Origin: Eledone cirrhosa
Taxonomy: Eukaryota
Direction: 5' to 3'
Length of the DNA stretch: 64,000 nucleotides
NCBI GenBank assembly: GCA_964016885.1
Contig: OZ024756.1
Location: forward strand, 9,920,001-9,984,000
Numbering within the stretch: position 1 is the stretch's first letter; each line of letters opens with the position of its first letter. Positions 54,388 through 64,000 of the stretch are shown in pieces. The notes below the pieces were generated by a model. It saw only the letters and a list, made by a program, of their open reading frames with translations. It was not told where the DNA came from and did no database searches. The position numbers were made by a program, and so were the translations under genes.

Positions 54388-54436
54388 TACACATACACAT
54401 ATATGCACACACACTCACACATATATATATATACAT
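53418..54436. repeat. Long (TC)n/(TA)n/(TATG)n microsatellite
   Basis: Directly visible. Confidence 0.97.
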
Positions 54437-54862
54437 AATGAGGATTATTTTAAAGCAGTCAGTTTATTACTAATTGACCCAGGGAAGGAAATTTCCCTGA
54501 CCTATTAGGTTAATTGGCCTAATTAGTGGGGAGGGCATCCCCACACCCTGCTGCTCCCCCTCCCCTCTCTATCACTCTCCAGTCTCCTTTTCCATCATCA
54601 CTCTCCATCTTTTTGCTCTCTCTATTCACCCCCCTCTCTCTCTCTTGCTTGCTCTCCAACTTCTCTCACTCTGTTCTCCACCCACCTTTCTCTCTCTCTC
54701 TCCCTCTTTCTCTACCCTCCTCTCTTTCTCACCCCGCTCCCTCCCCCTCTCTCTCCATCCACTCCTCTCTCTCTCCACCACCCTCTTTCTCCACCATCTC
54801 CCTAGCTCCCCTACCCCCGCTTTCCACAACCCTCTCTCGACCCCCCCCCCTCTCCCAATCAG

Positions 54863-55755
54863 TGCCCTTCCTAACACCAACCTCATTTACAGTGAGTGCT
54901 GAGTGATTTTTTGCCGTGGCACACCCACGACCACTTTGCAGTGGAATGATAGGGACCCCAGTCCCTATCATCTCATTTCTACAGCTGAGTAAACTGGAGC
55001 AATGTGAAATAAAGTGTCTTGCTCAAGGAAACAACACATCACCCGGTCTGAGAATTGAACTTACAACCTTTCGATTGCAAGGCCAATGCTCTCACCACTA
55101 AGCCATGTGCCTCCATACGTATACATATATATGGAGGTGTGTGGCCTAGAGGAAAGGGTGTTGGACTTACGATCATAATGTTGTGGGTTCTATTCCTGGG
55201 TTGTGTGTTGTGTTCTTGAGCTAAACACTTCATTTCACGTTGCTCCAGTTTACTCAGCTGAAAATGAGTACCGACAATAGCTGCAGGTTTAACCCTGCGA
55301 AGGACTGGCATCTTGTCCAGGAGGAGTATTGTACCCTCAATCATTTCACGCCATGAAACCAGGATAAGCACTGGCCAAATGGCTTAAAACAGACTTTAGA
55401 CATTTAGACTTATACATATAGATATATACATGGCTTAGTGGTTAGAGCATTGGCCTTGCAATCAAAAGGTTGTGAGTTCAATTCTCAGACCGGGTGATGT
55501 GTTGTTTCCTTGAGCAAGACACTTTATTTCACATTGCTCCAGTTTACTCAGCTGTAGAAATGAGATGATAGGGACTGGGGTCCCTATCATTCTACTGCAA
55601 AGTGGTCGTGGAGGTGCCATGGAAAAAAGCACCCAGCACTCACTGTAAATGAGGTTGGTGTTAGGAAGGGCATCCAGCTGTAGAAATCAAGCCAGAATTC
55701 AGTTCCCGTCCCACCCTTGCAAGCAGGAAAAAGTGGACGTAAAATGAAATAATGA
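54863..55755. mobile_element. SINE cluster: family A (minus, 54863-55113), a related SINE with a different body (plus, 55133-55390) and family A (plus, 55428-55755)
   Basis: tRNA-like heads; shared ttgagc.a.acactt..tttcac.ttgctccagtttactcagctg core; last copy ends in the RTE tail. Confidence 0.85.
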
Positions 55756-56529
55756 TATGTATGCATATGATGGCTGCAACTTTACTCTGAATATGTCAAC
55801 GCTTGACACTCAAGCGTGATCATCACAAATGTGGCCCTTTAGTTCGGCCATGAACCCATACCCAGCTATGCCAAAATATCAAACAATGCCTCTGCCTGAA
55901 ACTCTTTTTAGTGAGGAAAGGCTTTGCACTCTCTGAACATTGAATGCATTTACCCCCAAAAAGAAGAACTGGTTTACATCATTGGATGCAAAGTCGCAGG
56001 TTTTACATACATACATATATGGTGGCTGCCAACTCGTTTTCGAGTACGGCCACTACTTTATATCCGGTTGTAACCGGCCACTCATAATTATATTAAGGTA
56101 CTGTTCTCAAAAGAAATAATTGTTTCTACTTTAGGCACAAGACCAGCAATTACCCAGTCCATTACTGGTACTTTATTTTATCGACCCCATAAGGATGAAA
56201 GGCAAAGTCAACCTCGGCGGGATTTGAACTCAGATCGTAAAGGGACTTAACTATGCTGGAAAGCATGGCGTCCGACCCTCTACCGATACTGCCAAAATAC
56301 CAAAATACCATAGATTTGATATTATGTCAGTACGGCCACTACTTTATATAGGCACATATATACATACATTCACACATACATAATTGCATATATATATATA
56401 TACATACACTCATACATAAATACACATATATATATATACATACATACACTCATACATAAATACATATATAAACATATATACACGCATACATAAATATATA
56501 TATATATATATACATACACATATATATAC

Positions 56530-56775
56530 ATTATCGCTGCCATGTCCTGCGTCTCCAACAGACCAGTGTCTGTCCTTAGGGCATCAACATACGTTAACCT
56601 TGGTCTTCCTCTTCTAGTGTGTCCATGTAGGGGCTCCCAAAGGAGTGCTGAGTGCAATGTCAACTCTGGATGTCGGTGAGCATGTCCAGCTAACCTCAGT
56701 CTCCTCTGTGTCACAGAGACCGCTGGAGAGAACTCGTCCATGGATCTCGGGAATTTTACCCGCCTTAGATAGATA
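56530..56775 (+). mobile_element. RTE family C short copy with 5' inversion
   Basis: Minus arm 56530-56714: VTQRRLRLAGH...QDMAAIM. Plus arm 56715-56775: RDRWRELVHGSREFYPP* then (TAGA)n. Confidence 0.8.
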
Positions 56776-57017
56776 TATTTCTTTATTAGCCACAGGGGCA
56801 CAAAAGAAGGGGACAAATACAAAGGGGGAAGTTTACATACAATAAAAACGTGTAAAATGTTATCACAGATGGAATTTAAAAAGTTAGTCGATTTTCCCCA
56901 ATAGAGGGAGACAGTTTTTATGGGTAACACATACCCCCGAAAAAAAATGTGCAACCCTCATCTCCAGGAGTACGAAGAGTTTGTACTCCCTTCCTCTCCT
57001 CCTCATTTTCCTCAACC
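56776..57017 (-). mobile_element. Short retroposed insert (L1/Tx1-like 3' UTR) with an about 21-bp TSD
   Basis: tttacccgccttagatagata at 56755-56775 and 57018-57038; minus strand ends aataaagaaata. Confidence 0.6.
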
Positions 57018-57154
57018 TTTACCCGCCTTAGATAGATAGATATATATACATACACACATGCATATATACCTACTTATGTGCGCAAGTCCGGGACTGATTT
57101 ATTGGTTTCTCCGAGTGTTTTGTTTAAGGGTTACGCCAATCAAAGGTTTCATTT

Positions 57155-57232
<78 letters not shown>

Positions 57233-58323
57233 TCATGTGTGTCTGCTGTAGAATAAGGACACTGTATTCCTGCATGTTGTATGTATGAGGCAATGAAAAG
57301 AGCTTGGTGTCAGGAAGGGCATCTGGGTGTAAAACATTGCCTCATAAAATCTCATCCATGGATGAATGCCTCAGCATGGTCACAGTCCAGTGACTGAACC
57401 CAATAAAAATAAATACACTCATTTAACACACACACACGCACGCACACACATGCACACACACACTAGCATATTCTCACTTCTATATAGTTTGGATATGTGA
57501 AACTTTAGAAAATTCCATATTTCTAATTTTATATCTTTTTTATTTATACCTCCCAAATAAAATTTATGAATTTTCTAGCTGTCATTTTTAGCTGTGACTT
57601 GTCCCCATGAGTTCTCCCTGTTGGCTCCAGTCAGATGTGGTGGTGGTGGAGGGCAATTCTTGGCATTGCTCTGCCATTTACCTCCTGTTGCTCCTACTTG
57701 TTTTGATGTGAAGTATTATTGTCATTGAATATGTTTTTTGATACTGTAGATTAAGAAGTATGATGTGTAGGGCTGGGGGTCGGGTGGGGCTGGGGGACGG
57801 GCGGGGTGTGTGTGTGTGTGTTTGTAAATGTTTTTTTTTTCATCCCACTTTTTAATGTTTTTTTTTTGCTTTCTGGGCTTTTCCTTTTTTTTCTCTAGCT
57901 TTCTAGTAACTAACTAGAAATCTCTTAGTTCAGGTTCCCATGCCATCTTAGTCTTTCCTACCCTACCTGCTCCCCCATCCCCAGGCCACATCCACCTCCT
58001 TCCTGTTCTCAGTAACTCTTTCTGTACTATAAGAAAAAAGTTTTTCTAAAAAAATAAATAAACTCCCTACTCCCTCTTTTTATTCGGATTACTTATACTA
58101 TATTTTTCTTGGGTTTCAGGTTTAAAATGTTTCTGTCTAATAAGGAAGTTGATTGCAATACAAAATATCCAGTTCTAAACTGTACAATATAGATGGGGGG
58201 AGTCTAGCATGGCATAATGGTAAGGGTGTTGAACTTACAATCATATAACTTTGTGGGTTTGATGCCTCGACTGGGTTGTGTGTGGTGTTCATATTAGGGC
58301 AGAAGTAGGATTGGCAGCCTTAA

Positions 58324-58543
58324 CCCTTTAGAATTTAAACTGGCCATATCCAGCCAGAATTCTCTCACCTCTTTCTGTTCAAACCGGTTGTAACCGGCCA
58401 CTCATAATTATATTAAGGTACTGTTCTCAAAAGAAATAATACCGAAATCTCATAGATTTGATATTATGTGAGGCATTATGTGAAGTAAAGCCTTTGCAGC
58501 GAAAATATAATACTAGATATAGAGTAATGTAAATGTTAAAGGG
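58324..58543. mobile_element. TTAA-flanked MITE (piggyBac-like)
   Basis: ttaa|ccctttagaattta ... taaatgttaaaggg|ttaa. Confidence 0.8.
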
Positions 58544-58549
58544 TTAAAG

Positions 58550-58866
58550 CAGTGATTCCCAACGTGCGGCACACACACCCACAGGTGGGGAGGGGGGCAG
58601 TTTGAATATTTATGGGGACCATTTGAAAATGATGTTAATGAGAATAAACCTCAGGTTTTACTTTATTACTTTTACATCAAGGCAACTTTGGTAGACATTC
58701 CTGTCAGAAACTCCTGTCTCACCTCCTCCACATGTTTTTGTGTATCTGGCACCACTTACACCAATTTCTTTACACTTTATAGTTGATCATTGCTGTTTTC
58801 ATGTCAAAGGGGGACATAACAATTTCTTAGATGTTGAGGTGGGGCACAAAAGGTTGGGAATCACTG
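58550..58866. mobile_element. hAT-type MITE
   Basis: TIRs cagtgattcccaac / gttgggaatcactg; 8-bp TSD ggttaaag / ggttaagg. Confidence 0.85.
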
Positions 58867-59437
58867 GGTTAAGGGTTAACAATGCCGCCACACACTGACA
58901 TGTGTACACAGTTCTAACTGGAACCAAATACATGGTTAGGGCTTCATGTTAGTTATTGACAAATGATTCAACAGAAACAGTTTCAATAGAAAACTGTAGC
59001 TGAGTATTGAGTACTTTTAACTTTTAACATGCTGAATTGTTTCACGAATTGCTGCCCTTGACAATGTATTAGCGGGATATTACTCTATTGGCGACATAAG
59101 GCCCCTAGAGCATGTTAAAGGTTAATTATAATCCTCATCTTATTGTTTGATTTATGCAATATTGTTTGATTTAGGAAGATTAGATCTGAAGTAAGTTTGT
59201 TCCACATACCACCATCATAAATTAAGCTCTTTTGTGCCCACATTTCTAATCCATTTCAATTAGTTAATGAAGAATTTTTAGGGATTTACTAAAATTATTA
59301 ATTAATTCATTACTAAGATAGTAACCTGTATCATTTTTTTTAATGTTATTAGCATTTATATGACTCATTGAAAAATAAAGATAAAGAAAAAAAAAAGGTG
59401 GGCTGTTGACAGAGAAGTTTTTGTCATCACTGCCAGG

Positions 59438-60556
59438 TCACCTTACTGAGGTGTCTGGGGATGCCTGTGAGGGTGCCTGGCTATTTCAGTGTCTTAGTCT
59501 CGCTATCACCTCACCTTACTGAGGTGTCTGGTGATGCCTGTGAGGGTGCCTGGCTATTTCAATGTCTTAGTCTCGCTATCACCTCACCTTACTGAGGTGT
59601 CTGGGGATGCATGTGAGGGTGCCTGGCTATTTCAGTGTCTTAGTCTCGCCATCACCTCACCTTGCTGAGGTGTCTGGGGATGCCTGGGAGGGTGCCTGGC
59701 TATTTCAGTGTCTTAGTCTCGCTATCACCTCACCTTACTGGGGTGTCTGGGGATGCCTGTGAGGGTGCCTGGCTATTTCAGTGTCTTAGTCTCGCTATCA
59801 CCTCACCTTACTGAGGTGTCTGGGGATGCCTGTGAGGGTGCCTGGCTATTTCAGTGTCTTAGTCTCGCCATCACCTCACCTTACTGAGGTGTCTGGTGAT
59901 GCCTGTGAGGGTGCCTAGCTATTTCAGTGTCTTAGCCTCGCCATCACCTCACCTTAATGAGGTGTCTGGTGATGCCTGTGAGGGTGCCTGGCTATTTCAG
60001 TGTCTTAGTCTCGCTATCACCTCACCTTACTGAGATGTCTGGTGATGCCTGTGAGGGTGCCTGGCTATTTCAGTGTCTTAGTCTCGCCATCACCTCACCT
60101 TACTGAGGTGTCTGGGGATGCCTGGGAGGGTGCCTGACTATTTCAGTGTCTTAGTCTCGCTATCACCTCACCTTACTGAGGTGTCTGGTGATGCCTGGGA
60201 CGGTGCCTGGCTATTTCAGTGTCTTAGTCTCGCCATCACCTCACCTTACTGGGGTGTCTGGGGATGCCTGGGAGGGTGCCTGACTATTTCAGTGTCTTAG
60301 TCTCGCCATCACCTCACCTTACAGAGGTGTCTGGTGATGCCTGTGAGGGTGCCTGGCTATTTCAGTGTCTTAGTCTCGCTATCACCTCACCTTACTGAGG
60401 TGTCTGGTGATGCCTGTGAGGGTGCCTGGCTATTTCAATGTCTTAGTCTCGCTATCACCTCATCTTACTGAGGTGTCTGGTGATGCCTGTGAGGGTGCCT
60501 GGCTATTTCAATGTCTTAGTCTCTCCATCACCTCACCTTACTGAGATGTCAGGTGA
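59438..60556. repeat. 73-bp minisatellite, about 15 copies
   Basis: Unit ccttactgaggtgtctggggatgcctgtgagggtgcctggctatttcagtgtcttagtctcgctatcacctca. Confidence 0.97.
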
Positions 60557-60825
60557 TTTTACACCCAGCATCGTTGATTTCATTAATGACGCTCCGATTA
60601 GTTTTACGGTAATCCTTAGTTACAGCATTATGTAGCAGTTGATGGCAAGTACTGCGCTCCACTTGATATAGATTGCCAGTTTTGTCGGAGTGGACGTACA
60701 CAGCATTAGAATCTTTAATAGAACGAATTCTATTCTTCAGGTCCTGCTGGAAGGAATTGCTCCTATTCTGAAATTTGATACTCCGTATGAGTTCCAAGAA
60801 ATCATTGCTGGGTTACTCGGAGGGT
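60552..60825 (-). mobile_element. PLE fragment from the region upstream of the RT core
   Basis: ELIRSIKF...[13 protein letters not shown]...[14 protein letters not shown]...LLHNAVTKDYRK resembles the PLE DKxxxY motif region. Confidence 0.7.
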
Positions 60826-60850
60826 TATTGCATGTATATATAAATATGTA

Positions 60851-60907
<57 letters not shown>

Positions 60908-60959
60908 TTATATATACATACATATATGTATGCATATATATATATATATATATACATAC

Positions 60960-61560
60960 ATGGTGGCTGCCAACTCGTTTTTGAGTACGGCCACTACTTT
61001 ATATCCATGTAGGAGGACCCCTACCGATGCGCTGAACGAGTGTGACTTTTTAGTCCAGCCAGCTACTTGAAAACTCTGGTACAAACACTACACTTGTGAC
61101 AATTATTGACACATAGTGCTGGACCCATGGTACCATGTGACGACAAGTGCAGAGAGATCTCCAGATATAAAGCAATGCCGGTGCCGTGAAGCTTTTATAG
61201 TGAGCAAAGACACTGCACAAAGCCAGTCCCACTCTCTTAACCAAGATGATATTTACCAAAAAGAAGAACAAGTCAACATCATTGGATACCATCAGGGTTG
61301 CAGGTCTTATATCATAGTTTTCCTTCTCCTAGAATTCTGCCTTGACAAAGGCTAAGGGGTCATCTCTCCCGGTAATTTTGGATGGCCATTGACTCTTAAG
61401 AGTTCCTTTGCCCTTTGACAGGTTTTGTTTTTAGTCCTGCAGGATGTCCAAAGTCACCCTCCTCACCAAGAAACCTTGGTGGGGTTGCCAGTTTAGTCGC
61501 CAACGACCCGACCATGAGACAGGTTGTACTGGGATACATGTTACCAGTAGCACCAACTGG
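60960..61560. repeat. Inverted copy of the 10605-11188 repeat
   Basis: Reverse-complement match; ORFs 61050-61292 and 61116-61355 mirror 10857-11096 and 10794-11009. Confidence 0.8.
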
Positions 61561-62723
61561 TGACCTGACATAATATATATATATATATATATATATATTA
61601 TGTCAGGTATGTATATATATATACATACATACATACATACATACATACATACATACATACAGAAATGTTACTTTTTACTCAATTTTGCTGTCTGAAGAAA
61701 TCACAATATTTATTGCCATGGAAATATGTATAACAGCTCAATTAATAAAAGACTCCAACATCTACAACTTCACCCCCACTCCTCACCCCCATACACACAC
61801 ACCTGACTCTGTGTGAACACTTAGACTAGTGACAGAAATATTATTTTCGTTTTCTATTGAAATTCATTGATAAAGGTGTCCTCAAGGTATTTTCAAGACA
61901 AGCAGGTATTGAAACACAGGTCTTCAGTCTGGGGATGACGTCCTTCTTCCCACTAGTCACAGGAACCCAGGGGGGTATTGCCATGGTTACAAATATTGCC
62001 TTTCCTTCTAGCTAAGATATTTGAGAAAAGAAGTAAAAGGAGAAAAAAAAAAAACTGATTTAGCTTCGGAAGTAACTAATTTCATATCTCTTATTTACCT
62101 TTGTCATAGACTGAAAGAAAACACAACCTATAAACTTCTTACATAAATAAAGATTCTGATTTCTTAACTCTTTTGACACCCTCTTCTTCCTCCTCATCCT
62201 GAAACCTCCCCTGGTTTTATGATATAAAGCACTTTCGTTTAATGTGTTTATATTTATCTAAATACATTTCATCTTTAGTATATATTCATCAGCTTCATAA
62301 TATTATATATATTATTATATTCCACCAAATTCTTTATTTTCAAAATTAATTGAAAGCCATAGGCAATGTGTTAGCTTAACAGGAGGGAACATAATAATAT
62401 CAGTGATGATGTCACAGGTGGGTGACGAAAGAACTGTTTGAGAAACTATATTTATATCTATATCTATATTTTTAAATGTTGGTCAATCAATGATAAACAA
62501 TGATTGCCAGCTAACTTAATTATAGGAGTATAAAATATACTGAAGCGAAAACCAACCCAACCAAACAGTGAGTGTGTTATACTATATCTGGCAAATATGA
62601 CCTTCCCCAAATATAACATAGGCAGTATCTTTCATTAGAAATGTGTTTATCTTTATCTAAAAACTTTCCATCATAATTTTATGTAAGGACTTTTTATTTT
62701 CAAAACATCAGTTTCATAATAAG

Positions 62724-64000
62724 ATCATTTTTACATCCAATTTTTCACACTTGCATAGGTTTGACAGGCCCTTCTCAGTACAGCATCTCTCCACTTGCCT
62801 GCATGGGTTGGACAGGTCCTTCTCATCACAGCATCTCTCCACTTGCCTGCATAGGTTTGACAGGTCCTTCTCAGCACAGCATCTCTCCACTTGCCTGCAT
62901 GGGTTGGACAGGTCCTTCTCAGCACAGCATCTCTCCACTTGCCTGCATAGGTTTGACAGGCCCTTCTCAGCACAGCATCTCTCCACTTGCCTGCATGGGT
63001 TGGACAGGTCCTTCTCATCACAGCATCTCTCCACTTGCCTGCATGGGTTGGACAGGTCCTTCTCATCACAGCATCTCTCCACTTGCCTGCATAGGTTTGA
63101 CAGGCCCTTCTCAGCACAGCATCTCTCCACTTGCCTGCATGGGTTGGACAGGTCCTTCTCATCACAGCATCTCTCCACTTGCCTGCATGGGTTTGACAGG
63201 CCCTTCTCAGCACAGCATCTCTCCACTTGCCTGCATGGGTTGGACAGGTCCTTCTCAGCACAGCATCTCTCCACTTGCCTGCATGGGTTGGACAGGTCCT
63301 TCTCATCACAGTATCTCTCCACTTGCCTGCATGGGTTGGACAGGTCCTTCTCATCACAGTATCTCTCCACTTGCCTGCATAGGTTGGACAGGTCCTTCTC
63401 AGCACAGCATCTCTCCACTTGCCTGCATGGGTTGGACAGGTCCTTCTCAGCACAGCATCTCTCCACTTGCCTGCATGGGTTTGACAGGTCCTTCTCAGCA
63501 CAGCATCTCTCCACTTGCCTGCATGGGTTGGACAGGTCCTTCTCATCACAGCATCTCTCCACTTGCCTGCATAGGTTGGACAGGTCCTTCTCAGCACAGC
63601 ATCTCTCCACTTGCCTGCATGGGTTGGACAGGTCCTTCTCAGCACAGCATCTCTCCACTTGCCTGCATGGGTTGGACAGGTCCTTCTCATCACAGCATCT
63701 CTCCACTTGCCTGCATGGGTTGGACAGGTCCTTCTCATCACAGCATCTCTCCACTTGCCTGCATGGGTTGGACAGGTCCTTCTCAGCACAGCATCTCTCC
63801 ACTTGCCTGCATGGGTTTGACAGGTCCTTCTCAGCACAGCATCTCTCCACTTGCCTGCATGGGTTGGACAGGTCCTTCTCATCACAGCATCTCTCCACTT
63901 GCCTGCATGGGTTGGGCAGGTCCTTCTCATCACAGCATCTCTCCACTTGCCTGCATGGGTTGGACAGGTCCTTCTCATCACAGCATCTCTCCACTTGCCT
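62724..64000 (-). repeat. 48-bp minisatellite (at least 26 copies, runs off the window) derived from an RTE 3' terminus
   Basis: Minus unit gtggagagatgctgtgatgagaaggacctgtccaacccatgcaggcaa; final unit continues as gcaagtgtgaaaaattggatgtaaaaatgat. Confidence 0.93.

Overview
Eukaryotic, AT-rich, repeat-saturated intronic or intergenic DNA. The repeat landscape is most consistent with an octopus-like cephalopod (inference). No intact host gene is evident, and almost all ORFs in the track are artefacts of microsatellites and minisatellites. The window contains: fragments of three RTE-clade LINE families (one about 2.8 kb APE-RT copy); CR1-, CRE- and L1/Tx1-like fragments; many tRNA-headed SINEs that share the RTE 3' end; an internally deleted DD37D (maT) Tc1/mariner; hAT and TTAA MITEs; about nine minisatellite arrays, several traceable to transposon termini; and numerous Penelope-like element (PLE) pieces, mostly in (TA)n tracts. 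The strongest signal comes from folding by eye: about a dozen type-I hammerhead ribozyme motifs from roughly eight sequence families lie in the PLE-like termini. They include a U4A core variant, a recurrent U-U pair at the base of stem II, and one with a branched stem II of about 95 nt. Several are arranged as head-to-head inverted (hairpin) insertions with a one-sided 3' tail. Ribozyme activity is untested.
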